IMG/VR virus record: IMGVR_UViG_3300032282_003852
DNA: 64,000 nucleotides
Source of the DNA: an uncultured virus (IMG/VR IMGVR_UViG_3300032282_003852)
Taxonomy: Duplodnaviria > Heunggongvirae > Uroviricota > Caudoviricetes
Strand: one strand, 5' to 3'
In this document: piece by piece, positions 9,026 to 18,249 of the stretch
Layout of the letters: each line of letters starts with the position of its first letter
How positions within the stretch are numbered: position 1 is the first letter of the stretch
Made by a program: the position numbers and the translations under genes
Notes under the pieces: generated by a model
Seen by the model: only the letters and a program-made list of their open reading frames with translations
The model's database searches: none
Told to the model about the DNA's origin: nothing

Positions 9026-11002
9026 TCAGTTTGTGATGACTATCCAGCCCTTACTTTGCAGAGAGGATTTGGCGGCTAAACCTGCGGAGCCAGGTGAAGC
9101 GGACGTTCCACCGGAAATATGCACACTTCCGTTACTTTGACCAGCAGTGTCAAGAGAAACAAGAATGTTGTCTACGCTGGTTTGATTGAGGGCACACCCT
9201 TCCCATGCGTTGTTAAAGGCAATTGCTAAACAACTATCAAACATGTTGGCAGGAAATGTCGTTAGACTACTACAACCAATCCACGCACTTACGAAAGTTG
9301 CCCCATTGCTTACGTTAATAAATGGGAAGGATACGAGGTTGATGCAGTTAGACCAAGTAGAGTTAAAGTTTGTTCCTGAACTTACATTCAGGGCAGGGAA
9401 GGAAGTTAAGCCGTAACAGCTACTCCAGGCATAATAGAAGTTTGTTCCATTGCTTACATTCAGGGCAGGGAAGGAAGTTAAGCTCGTACAGTTACTCCAT
9501 GCCGAATCAAAGTTTGTCCCGGCGCTAACGTTTATCAGTGGGAAGGAAGTTAAGCTCGTACATGACGACCAAGCTGCGTAGAAGTTGCTAATGCAGTAGG
9601 GGTCAACACTTGTGTTACAGTAAAAGGGAGGTTGGCTGCAGGTTGAGGAGGTATTTGTAAGAATCACCCACCCTTTATCCTCAAGGGACAACTTTGCGGT
9701 GTACCCCGTTGCACTAGGCCCATCAGAAGTCCCTCCGTTCAGTCTTACAAAGCCGTTGGATTGCCCCGCTGCGTCCAAAGAGACTAAGATGTTATCCACA
9801 CTTGTTGAAGTCAAAGCACAGTTGTACCAAGCCCAATGGAACGCAGTTGATTGGCAGTTGTCAAAAACATTTTGAGGAAAATCAGTCAAACTTGTACAAC
9901 CTTGCCAAGAGCCATACCCAAACATCGGATCACCAAATACAGGACTTCCGCTAAAAGTAACAGTGGGGAAAGAGATTAAGCTAGTGCAGTTAAACCAAGC
10001 AGCGGTAAAATCCGTTCCAGAGCTAAAGTCTAAAAGAGAAAATGAAGATAAACCCGTGCAGGAATACCACGCAAATTGAAAGTCTTCTCCAGAGCTGACA
10101 TTGATAAGAGGGAAGGAAGTTAGGTCAGTACAGGCTTGCCAGGCGTATGAGAAAGTTGTTCCAGAGCTAACGTCAATTAAGGGGAAGGAAGTGAGGCTAG
10201 AGCAGTATCTCCACGCATCGGAAAAGTCCGTCCCAGAACTCGTGTCAAGTGCGGGGAAGGAAGTGAGGCTAGAGCAGTTTTTCCAAGCGCCCGAGAAATA
10301 CCCTCCGGAGCTTACATCGAGTAGAGGGAAGGAAGTGAGGCTGGAACAACCAGACCAAGCCTGTGAGAAGTTAGCCCCGGAACTTGTGTTGAGTAGAGGG
10401 AAGGAAGTGAGGCCGGTGCAATCAGCCCAAGTTTCGGTAAAGTCTTCCCCAGAGATTACGTCGAGAAGGGGAAAGGAGGTCAGGTTAATGCAGTTCCTCC
10501 AAGCCAGTGTAAAGTTTGTACCGAAACTTACGTCAAGAACTGGAAAAGAAGTTAGACCTTCGCAATAGGACCATGCAGCCTGAAAGTTTTCTCCAGAGCT
10601 TACATCAAGCAGGGGGAAGGAGGTTAATCCTGAGCAACCCTCCCAAGTCCCAAAGAAGTTGGTTCCTGAACTTACATTTAGTAAGGGAAAGGATGTGAGG
10701 TTATAGCAGTAGGCCCAAGCCTCTGTAAAGTCGGTGACTGCCGAAGAGTCAACGCAAGGAAAATCTGTCAGTGCATAGCATCCCCCCCAGGCGGATGTAA
10801 AGTCTATTACCCCTTCGGTATTGACCTCTGTATTGCAACTGTAAGGTGGGTAGGTGACTGGTAGTTCAGGGTAGGTGGGGGTGCAATACGTGTAGGTGAA
10901 AGATGACCATACTCTATCTGACCCTAGGTAGATTGCATCTACACCATTACCTCCTAATATCACGTTATTGGGAACACTGCTCCCTATCTTAAAATCCGCC
11001 AT
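9026..11002 (-). CDS. LRR adhesin with two capped 24-aa repeat cassettes
   Basis: FKIG..IYLGSDRVW N-terminus; many AWxxCxxLTSFPLLDVSSG repeats; two VDNILVSLD caps. Confidence 0.8.
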   Translation of the reverse strand: MADFKIGSSVPNNVILGGNGVDAIYLGSDRVWSSFTYTYCTPTYPELPVTYPPYSCNTEVNTEGVIDFTSAWGGCYALTDFPCVDSSAVTDFTEAWAYCYNLTSFPLLNVSSGTNFFGTWEGCSGLTSFPLLDVSSGENFQAAWSYCEGLTSFPVLDVSFGTNFTLAWRNCINLTSFPLLDVISGEDFTETWADCTGLTSFPLLNTSSGANFSQAWSGCSSLTSFPLLDVSSGGYFSGAWKNCSSLTSFPALDTSSGTDFSDAWRYCSSLTSFPLIDVSSGTTFSYAWQACTDLTSFPLINVSSGEDFQFAWYSCTGLSSFSLLDFSSGTDFTAAWFNCTSLISFPTVTFSGSPVFGDPMFGYGSWQGCTSLTDFPQNVFDNCQSTAFHWAWYNCALTSTSVDNILVSLDAAGQSNGFVRLNGGTSDGPSATGYTAKLSLEDKGWVILTNTSSTCSQPPFYCNTSVDPYCISNFYAAWSSCTSLTSFPLINVSAGTNFDSAWSNCTSLTSFPALNVSNGTNFYYAWSSCYGLTSFPALNVSSGTNFNSTWSNCINLVSFPFINVSNGATFVSAWIGCSSLTTFPANMFDSCLAIAFNNAWEGCALNQTSVDNILVSLDTAGQSNGSVHISGGTSASPGSAGLAAKSSLQSKGWIVITN

Positions 11003-11003
11003 G

Positions 11004-11624
11004 TCACCCTACAATAACATAAAGAGTGCTGGGATCCGGGGACAGGATAGAGTCATAAGTGGCCTGTGTAAGAGATACAATATTGCTTATTGACGAGGAT
11101 CCTGGAACAAGGGAAGGTGTACTATGGACTGAACTATCCGGCTCCCACTTTACACCAAAGGTTTGGCTAGAGTCGGCAACCAGTATGTCCCCGTCACCAC
11201 CTACTGATAACGTGGCAGGACTCTCAGGCCCTTGACCTACGATGAAATCCCCCTTCTCAGTGATGATCGTTTGCAGGATGGGGGGAAGCGGAGTGAACCA
11301 CTTCATTCCGGTAGGGGAGGATGAGTCTGCTACGAGGAGCTGGCCGTTGTCCCCCACGGGTAGGATGGCTGGGTTATCCGCAGAAACCCCCACGATAATA
11401 TCCCCCTTATTGTCAATGATGCTCCTTTCGATGAAGACACCGATTACGGCTGTAGACGGTACCCAACTCCTAACACCATTAGTATCACTGACCAGCATAA
11501 AGTTGTTTTCATCTGGCAGCCCTAGATTGGGTTCCGAATCCTGTAGTTTAAGGGAATTGTATCGGTTGGGGCTCACCTCTGAAGGAGAGTTTGTGTTTAC
11601 ATTTCCATTAAAAAACGGTGCCAT
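11004..11624 (-). CDS. tail-fibre adaptor protein
   Basis: two KGDxIVG fibre repeats; C-terminal LTQATYDSILSPDPSTLYVI motif typical of fibre adaptor/trimerisation ends. Confidence 0.65.
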   Translation of the reverse strand: MAPFFNGNVNTNSPSEVSPNRYNSLKLQDSEPNLGLPDENNFMLVSDTNGVRSWVPSTAVIGVFIERSIIDNKGDIIVGVSADNPAILPVGDNGQLLVADSSSPTGMKWFTPLPPILQTIITEKGDFIVGQGPESPATLSVGGDGDILVADSSQTFGVKWEPDSSVHSTPSLVPGSSSISNIVSLTQATYDSILSPDPSTLYVIVG

Positions 11625-11656
11625 TTTACCAGATTTGGGGAGTTATCAGTATGAGG

Positions 11657-11995
11657 TCAAAGAGCCTGTTCCATGACACTCATGATGAATGCCAGATCAT
11701 TGGAGGAACCGTTTATCCAAATAGAGTCTCCGGGCTCAAGCGCCAGTGAACCTAGCTGATTTCCGCAAGAGTAGAGGACTTCTTTGGGTGGGATAGGGTA
11801 TTCATACACGATTGGGACGATATCAGTACCACGTCTATGCTCAATGGTAATCGTTTGCTCGGTGGTATCATCCGTATTGACAGTTTGAGCTAACAGGACG
11901 ATTGTGCTAGATCCTGGGGGAGTTGCATAGATCTGGGTGGGAATCCCAGGAACCATCACGGGGATGGTTCTGTATTGTGTTAGGGGGAAGGCCAT
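11657..11995 (-). CDS. small virion/fibre-associated protein
   Basis: IYATPPG..LALEPGDSI pattern seen in cyanophage fibre clusters; in operon. Confidence 0.6.
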   Translation of the reverse strand: MAFPLTQYRTIPVMVPGIPTQIYATPPGSSTIVLLAQTVNTDDTTEQTITIEHRRGTDIVPIVYEYPIPPKEVLYSCGNQLGSLALEPGDSIWINGSSNDLAFIMSVMEQAL

Positions 11996-11996
11996 T

Positions 11997-13730
11997 TTAC
12001 TTCAGGGTTAGAGTTTGAGGTATGGATAGATTGAGGACGGAGCGGGAGAATCCTTCTCCTGAAACTTCTCCGGTAGTCTGATTGACCATGAACCCGTTGC
12101 CAACAGAGAAGATCCCTGACTCATCCATCGAAGAAAAGAACACTCTCCCGCCATTTTCTTGAATAACCTGATTTTCTCTGATGGGCGGCACACCGTCATA
12201 GGGGGAGTTAGTCCCGCACCCTACATACTCCATCATATGGGAGCTGGCTATAATGCTGCTAGCTCTGTAGAATCTAACCTCGTCCCCCGCTGAAGGAATG
12301 TACGGGAGCTTCTCAGCCAGGGTCACTGTGCAGGTATTGGCAGTTATTTCAGTGGATTCCATGACCGGGTAGTAGATGGGTTCGATCTCCAACTCTGCTG
12401 AGGCAGGGTTAGCCGGGTCTCCCCCAATCAAGGTAACAATGATGGTATCTGAGGATGTGTAACCAGTTCCGGGCCTTGTAAGAACGATGTCAATAACCTT
12501 CCCCCCTTCAACCACCGCAACACCGGCAGCGGGGATGGCATTGGGACCGCTACCAATACTGACTTGAACCGTAGGAACCCCGGTGTATCCCACACCTTGG
12601 TAGGGGATGGAAAACCTGTACCCCTTATAATAGACTTCACCCACGGAGACAACTTGGCCGATGTATGGTCTTTGGGTTCCCAATACCGTATCCAAAGCCA
12701 GAATGTCACCGTTTGTGGTCGAGCTGATCAGGCCAAACTGCTCTTCAGACCCTTTACCACTAGCGATTAGTCCAAAGGTTCCGCAACTTGTCTTACACCC
12801 GGACAGGGTGATTGTCCCACCGCTTTGCGCTATTGCTGATTTTTCCGAATACACTGTCTGACAACCCGCAGCCTGGATAAACCCTTTGTTTATCGCTTTG
12901 AGGCCAGTGCCTAAGGGGGAGTTTTGGATATAGTTCTGTGTTATGATTGTTGGGTCCCCATCAACCAGAGCCCCATTGGCCAGAATGCCAACAGAACCCG
13001 CTATGAGGTTTCGGCAGTCTGCAACACTGGGTGGCTTGATTATCTCTACAGGGTCTGGTGATGGTGGGACAAAAGCAACTACTGATGTGCCAGAATCGAG
13101 AGAACCAGAGAAGGAGAACCCTTCGATTAACGATCCACTGTTTACGTTGAACAAGGGTAACCCGCTGTTCTGAGGGTCGATAATCGTGCTGTTGGCACCG
13201 TCCCCAATCAGCGATACGTCCTCCACTGGGAAAATCAGAGGGTTGTCCTCTGAGTAAGACCCAGGGGAGACTTGAATGGTACAACCTGCGTATGAGGCTT
13301 CTAAGGCAGCCTTGATCGTTTTCTTCGGAGCCTGAGGACTATTGCCAAGGTTGTCGTCATCACCCGCTGGGTCAACCCAGATGGTGTTGGATGAGGTGTA
13401 TCCATAGGCGTTCCATTTAACACCATCCCATACTTTCAAGGTTGGCTGGCTGACGCTGGTCGTATCGAGCCAGAGTTCCCCCTTGCAGTTCCCTGCATAG
13501 CCCCCTGTTGCGGGTACAGCGTTAGGCGCTGTCGCACCAACATGGCAAGGCCCTATCTTAATGAGCCCTGACCCGGTGCTGTCCCTAAAGAACAGACCGG
13601 GCTCCCCAGGGTTGTAGTTAACGGCAGGTTGCCCCTCCAGTAGGCAGGAGGGGTCTGGCCGCTTTCGTAACACCGGGGATCTAAGGAGTTTAATCGTAGT
13701 GCTAGACGGATCTTCAGGCGGGCAAGGCAT
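11997..13730 (-). CDS. tail fibre protein with probable pectin-lyase-like beta-helix
   Basis: KRPDP..L..GQPAVN N-terminus; WVDPAGDDDNLG..PKKTIKAAL..GSYSE motif; GxGYT repeats. Confidence 0.7.
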   Translation of the reverse strand: MPCPPEDPSSTTIKLLRSPVLRKRPDPSCLLEGQPAVNYNPGEPGLFFRDSTGSGLIKIGPCHVGATAPNAVPATGGYAGNCKGELWLDTTSVSQPTLKVWDGVKWNAYGYTSSNTIWVDPAGDDDNLGNSPQAPKKTIKAALEASYAGCTIQVSPGSYSEDNPLIFPVEDVSLIGDGANSTIIDPQNSGLPLFNVNSGSLIEGFSFSGSLDSGTSVVAFVPPSPDPVEIIKPPSVADCRNLIAGSVGILANGALVDGDPTIITQNYIQNSPLGTGLKAINKGFIQAAGCQTVYSEKSAIAQSGGTITLSGCKTSCGTFGLIASGKGSEEQFGLISSTTNGDILALDTVLGTQRPYIGQVVSVGEVYYKGYRFSIPYQGVGYTGVPTVQVSIGSGPNAIPAAGVAVVEGGKVIDIVLTRPGTGYTSSDTIIVTLIGGDPANPASAELEIEPIYYPVMESTEITANTCTVTLAEKLPYIPSAGDEVRFYRASSIIASSHMMEYVGCGTNSPYDGVPPIRENQVIQENGGRVFFSSMDESGIFSVGNGFMVNQTTGEVSGEGFSRSVLNLSIPQTLTLK

Positions 13731-13769
13731 TTCTTATTCCTGTTCTATAGTTAGGTTATACCCCCCTGC

Positions 13770-16700
13770 TCAGGGGCCGTAGATAGATTGACCCACCACC
13801 CAGTCAGTGTCTTCAGGGTCTACTATGAGGAGTGCAGACTGACCGTAATAAGGTGGCACTGTTGGCCCTGGGACAAATGGGGCCATTGCTGGAGTTCTTG
13901 CTTGAGAGATGGAGTTACGCACTACCCCAGACGCTCTATTCGGCTCTGACAACCCGTTGTTTATTGTGGTTCCAACGGAAACCCCATTACCCAAAACCCT
14001 TAGAGCAGAGAATCCGTCAGGGATTTCAACCTTGGAGAATAGTTCTCCAGCCGTGTCCGTCCCAGCCCATACCTGAGGCCCTTCTGTGACATTTGCGGAG
14101 CTGTACGGGAACTCACTGGTACACCAGCGGACATTGGAAGGTAGGGTGTATGTCTCAACCCAAGTAAACCCATCTAGACTGGTGGCGGTAGTTCCACTGG
14201 CTCCGATGGCCGTATAGTATTTCCCATAGTAACCCCCGTGTGAGATAGTAAGAATATCTTCGGATCCGAAAATAGATGCTGCGGATGCTGAGGAAGACCA
14301 TTGACTTCCATTGTTAACGGATCTTATGACTTTACCGTTATTGCCCACTGCAATTATTGTATTTGACTGTACGGACACTGCATTGAGATTTTCAGTCACT
14401 CCAGTGGCGCTGAGTGTCCAGTTTACCCCATCTGAGCTTTTAGCCACCTTACCGTTTTCACCAACTGCCACCCATTGGACTGAGTAATTTAACTCGTAAT
14501 GGTCAATACCTAGAACAGAGTCAGTTCCGAAAGGTGAGGTTATGTTTGTAACCCCCGTAGAGGAAGAAACGAACTTCATAACCCCTCCCGTTCCACCGAT
14601 CACCCATGTTCGAGGGCTACCGTACCTGAAGGACATGGCCAATGGGGTGAAGGAGCCAGGTATGGTGATTGAACTCCAGTTAGAGACATCAGCGAAGTAA
14701 ATACTTACATACAGGAGTTTAATGGATGACCCTGTAGTTATAGCTGACATGAAGCCTCCATCGCATTTAGCTACTTTAACGGTCTGCCCTGCAACAAACG
14801 GAGTGGCTAAAGACCATGTATAGGGACCACCAACGTAGCTAGACTTTATAACACTACTGTCCTCCAGAATAGCTACAAATCTGTTACCAATATCCCCCCC
14901 TACCCCCATAACCCTTTGGGTCACAGTTAGGGGGGAGAAGTCCTCAGCCTGCCAGGGGGCTGCGGGGAAGTTTTCTATGGCATCTATCACCGTTAACACA
15001 GGAGGGGTAGCTAGGACTTTGCGGACGGCCCTGGCCCAACCAACCACGTTCTTAGCACTTGTGCCCTGGGTTCCCGAGTTTGTGCCACTCCCGTACCCGG
15101 TCGTGACTGTCCATGCGTTAGAGTTATTGGTAGAGGACTCAGTGGCTGCCCAGTATGAGGGGAAGGACAAGGCCTCACTCCCCAAGTACCCCGCTTTGCT
15201 ATTAAATAAAGGTGCCGATGTGACTGTATTAGCTGCTTGAGTGCTGTAAAAGTAGCCAAGGGGGACTGAGTTTTGGTTTACACCGGAACTTGTGGCAAAA
15301 TCGTCAGTTGTTATATTATTTAGAGGTCCGTCTTGAATGGGCCTACTATTACTTGCCCCAATCTGTTTAACGGCCAGATTCCTAGAGATTACCTCCAGTT
15401 CATCCCTACCAGGAATGTACCAATCTGTGAAACCACCTATGTTAAGGCTCTTGGCCCACTGGAACGCCGGGTGACTAGCATCATTATAGGTATCAGTGAT
15501 TGTCTTACCATCATTCAATAGCTGGGATATAGACGGGTTAGACTCTGCGTTAGTATTGACCCTGTATTGCAATGAGGTTTCTCCGGTTGCTTTTGGGGCA
15601 ACGATCAGGTTATAGACCTGAGAGTTGATCAGCATCTGTCCAGCATAGTAACCTCCACCCAGTGAAGATCCGATCTCTATCTCTGACGCAGTAGGATAGA
15701 AAATACTCCAGGCTGACCAGTTAGACACGACGCTCGGAACAGAGTTTGAGTTATACCTTGATCTGACATAGTACGGTATTTTGTCAATGAGGGGTGGTTT
15801 TCCAAGGGCTAAAGATGTTAGGCTTGTGGTCGAGTTGGCATCATAAACCGATACACCTCTCCTCAAGAACTGTCCTATAGCCCAGTTAGGGGAATAGGGG
15901 GCTATAAATATCCCGGTTGAGGGGTTATCAAAGCAAGAGATTTGACCAGCGGCGGCAGTAGCCCCACTCTCACCGTTATTAACAAGATTCCCTATGACAA
16001 AGGGGGACGTAGGGGATATAATGATGCGGTTGTAACCCTCCGGGTATGCTTTTTTCCTGTACAGGCCAGAGTTTATATTCGTAACAGCCCAGAACTGGAA
16101 GGGTTCATCGGGGGTGGCTGTATAATAAGTGCTGCCAAACCTGTTAGAAAGAGTGAGGGTAACCGTATTAGCCAAGTTAGACGTCGAGAACCACGTGATT
16201 CCATCAGTGCTATAGGCGACTACTCCATTTTGACCGGCCGCAATGAAGTAATCGTTGGTGGAGGTAATGGTGTTGATGGAGTTGGCCCCAAAGATGGCCG
16301 CCGCAGATGGGGAACTTTGCCAGGTTAAGCCATTATCTAGAGAATAAAGAAGGGTTCCATTCTCCCCACCTACCACAAGGATGTTTGAGGCAAAGGCAGA
16401 GCCCATGGGATACGAGGTTTTTGTGCCGAAACACTTCAGGTTTTGAGATGTTCCAGACGTCCTCAAGAACCAGCTATAGCTATCTTGTGATGTAGAAATT
16501 TTTCCGTTGTCTCCAATAGCCAAGGATCGGCTGATAGCCCTGATGGCTGAAGATCCGAACTTACAATCAATGGTTCTTGGGGGCAGCAGGGTTCCAGAAG
16601 GGCTAGATCTTCTAGCCACTGACAACTCTACAGCCCCTCCGCTAGAACCAGCTAAGATAACCCTTTCGTAATCAAGTGTTAGAGATGGACTAACAACGAC

Positions 16701-17363
16701 TCCGCAGTACGGGGTGAACGATAAACTGAAGCTATTTTGTACGATTTGACTCCCAGGGTAGTAATTTTGCAAGGCATACACCTTGCAGGACGAGTTTGAC
16801 TTTACTGAGTAGATGCCGAATGAAAAGTCGATAGTCTCTCCGGGGAACGCTACGGCGGGGGAAAACTGAACCCACGTTTCTCCGTTATCATTAGTTCGAT
16901 AGAAAGTAACGTCCTCATATGCAATATAGGGGGCGTAGCTATCAATACCAGAACCTGTATAAGCTCCTGTAAATCCTACAATCTTATTAGCCTTTACTGG
17001 GGCCTTGAGCGCCCAGGAAGGGTCACCTGCGGAATCATAAACAGCGGAAATCGCAGTGTCACTAGTGTACGGGGTCGCCCCCTTATAAACCTGCCAATCA
17101 GTTGACGCATGAGTTCCAGGGCTATTCTCACCAGCATACGCACTAGATACAATCGTAACCCCGCCAGGCCCACCAGCATTTGACCCGTTATCAATAGGGT
17201 AGGTAATGGACGGTGTATTTACGGTGGGTGTTCCAGGAGCGGGTCCACCCCCTGCTGCTGCTGTCCACACCTCTCTAACCCCGTCCCAAGTGTATAGAAC
17301 ACCTGTAGGGGCTAGGAAGGTTTCTCCAGGGGTCGGGTTAGCCGGAAAGTCTAAAATTGCCAT
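13770..17363 (-). CDS. large fibre/adhesin with BNR (Ycf48-like) propeller repeats and an internal DUF1566/Lcl-like domain
   Basis: FPANPTPG..YTWDG N-terminus; SxDGxTW repeats; GGGYYAG..GGFTDWYIPGRDEL..YWAATE..ARAVRK segment. Confidence 0.7.
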   Translation of the reverse strand: MAILDFPANPTPGETFLAPTGVLYTWDGVREVWTAAAGGGPAPGTPTVNTPSITYPIDNGSNAGGPGGVTIVSSAYAGENSPGTHASTDWQVYKGATPYTSDTAISAVYDSAGDPSWALKAPVKANKIVGFTGAYTGSGIDSYAPYIAYEDVTFYRTNDNGETWVQFSPAVAFPGETIDFSFGIYSVKSNSSCKVYALQNYYPGSQIVQNSFSLSFTPYCGVVVSPSLTLDYERVILAGSSGGAVELSVARRSSPSGTLLPPRTIDCKFGSSAIRAISRSLAIGDNGKISTSQDSYSWFLRTSGTSQNLKCFGTKTSYPMGSAFASNILVVGGENGTLLYSLDNGLTWQSSPSAAAIFGANSINTITSTNDYFIAAGQNGVVAYSTDGITWFSTSNLANTVTLTLSNRFGSTYYTATPDEPFQFWAVTNINSGLYRKKAYPEGYNRIIISPTSPFVIGNLVNNGESGATAAAGQISCFDNPSTGIFIAPYSPNWAIGQFLRRGVSVYDANSTTSLTSLALGKPPLIDKIPYYVRSRYNSNSVPSVVSNWSAWSIFYPTASEIEIGSSLGGGYYAGQMLINSQVYNLIVAPKATGETSLQYRVNTNAESNPSISQLLNDGKTITDTYNDASHPAFQWAKSLNIGGFTDWYIPGRDELEVISRNLAVKQIGASNSRPIQDGPLNNITTDDFATSSGVNQNSVPLGYFYSTQAANTVTSAPLFNSKAGYLGSEALSFPSYWAATESSTNNSNAWTVTTGYGSGTNSGTQGTSAKNVVGWARAVRKVLATPPVLTVIDAIENFPAAPWQAEDFSPLTVTQRVMGVGGDIGNRFVAILEDSSVIKSSYVGGPYTWSLATPFVAGQTVKVAKCDGGFMSAITTGSSIKLLYVSIYFADVSNWSSITIPGSFTPLAMSFRYGSPRTWVIGGTGGVMKFVSSSTGVTNITSPFGTDSVLGIDHYELNYSVQWVAVGENGKVAKSSDGVNWTLSATGVTENLNAVSVQSNTIIAVGNNGKVIRSVNNGSQWSSSASAASIFGSEDILTISHGGYYGKYYTAIGASGTTATSLDGFTWVETYTLPSNVRWCTSEFPYSSANVTEGPQVWAGTDTAGELFSKVEIPDGFSALRVLGNGVSVGTTINNGLSEPNRASGVVRNSISQARTPAMAPFVPGPTVPPYYGQSALLIVDPEDTDWVVGQSIYGP

Positions 17364-17400
17364 CTTTTTTCAGTTAATCTAATGGATTTTACCCTGCTTT

Positions 17401-17910
17401 TCAGTTGGGGGTGGAGAGGGTTGGCCACGTCAAGTAGTCCTCACTACTTACATAGGCTTCTAGCCTTTTGGCCGTTTTGCAATCCTCGATGGATTCCTTT
17501 TTAAGCTGTGCTTCTGCCCTTACAGCTTCCCTCCATGTGGAGATTTCGGCTGGAATAGCAACACCGGACTCAGCCTGACGGACAACCACCCAATCTGTTG
17601 GGGACAGAAGAGAGTAAGCTTGAGAGTTTACCCTTTGGATGAGTACCCCTTTGCTTTGCCCTAAAGGTAGTGCCTCAAGGGAGTGAATCTCAGTCGCATT
17701 AAACCCTTCTACAGTGAACTCCCAGCTTATGGAGTAAATATCCTCATTGTACTGAGGAACCTCTGGCCTTGTGTATGAGTAAAATCCCTGAGCAGCTAAG
17801 TCTTCAGGTGAGACTTTAGATGGATCTATTCCTTTATAAAATGAAATCCAGTTTTTATCAACCACTTTGGGATCATCGCCCTCAGCGTTGGAGTTGTAGT
17901 AGTACAGCAT
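17401..17910 (-). CDS. tail fibre assembly chaperone-like protein
   Basis: LLSPTDWVVVRQAE..WREAVR..WP motif of tail assembly chaperones. Confidence 0.7.
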   Translation of the reverse strand: MLYYYNSNAEGDDPKVVDKNWISFYKGIDPSKVSPEDLAAQGFYSYTRPEVPQYNEDIYSISWEFTVEGFNATEIHSLEALPLGQSKGVLIQRVNSQAYSLLSPTDWVVVRQAESGVAIPAEISTWREAVRAEAQLKKESIEDCKTAKRLEAYVSSEDYLTWPTLSTPN

Positions 17911-17916
17911 GGTGGG

Positions 17917-18207
17917 TCAAAGGGGAACTTCGTATCCTGAAACTGTGCAATTTGCGTTAGCCCCTCCCGCTACAGAAACAACATCTCCAGGGCTCAGCAT
18001 CATGGACGTGGCGAAGTTCCACGTGTCTATAGTGGAGGTATTTACCGAAATAAGTATAGGTACTCCATTGATCCTTGCATACCTCGGTGAGTCAGAAGAG
18101 CAAAGGGTGATGTGTACCACAGCGTGAGAAATGCCGCTAGGCACAGTATAAACTGTTACAGGGGAGGCGCCAACCGTCTGTCCTGTTCCTAGTAATCCGA
18201 TAGCCAT
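17917..18207 (-). CDS. small virion/fibre-associated protein
   Basis: VYTVPSG..LSPGDVV..VSGYE; same type as 11657..11995. Confidence 0.6.
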   Translation of the reverse strand: MAIGLLGTGQTVGASPVTVYTVPSGISHAVVHITLCSSDSPRYARINGVPILISVNTSTIDTWNFATSMMLSPGDVVSVAGGANANCTVSGYEVPL

Positions 18208-18249
18208 AGGTTTATTGGGGGTTATGTGGGAGGGGAGATTTTGTTTTAG

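Noticed and set aside
1412..11002. 72-bp periodic repeats resembling a CRISPR array
   Set aside because: Repeats are degenerate, in frame within long CDSs and vary at synonymous sites; no cas genes
1701..11676. Plus-strand ORFs with repeated GNEVRLEQ or SPTIRSP motifs
   Set aside because: Antisense shadows of the repetitive LRR and fibre genes; no independent expression signals seen
1412..17363. Diversity-generating retroelement
   Set aside because: No reverse transcriptase and no non-coding template repeat with adenine-specific mismatches seen in this window
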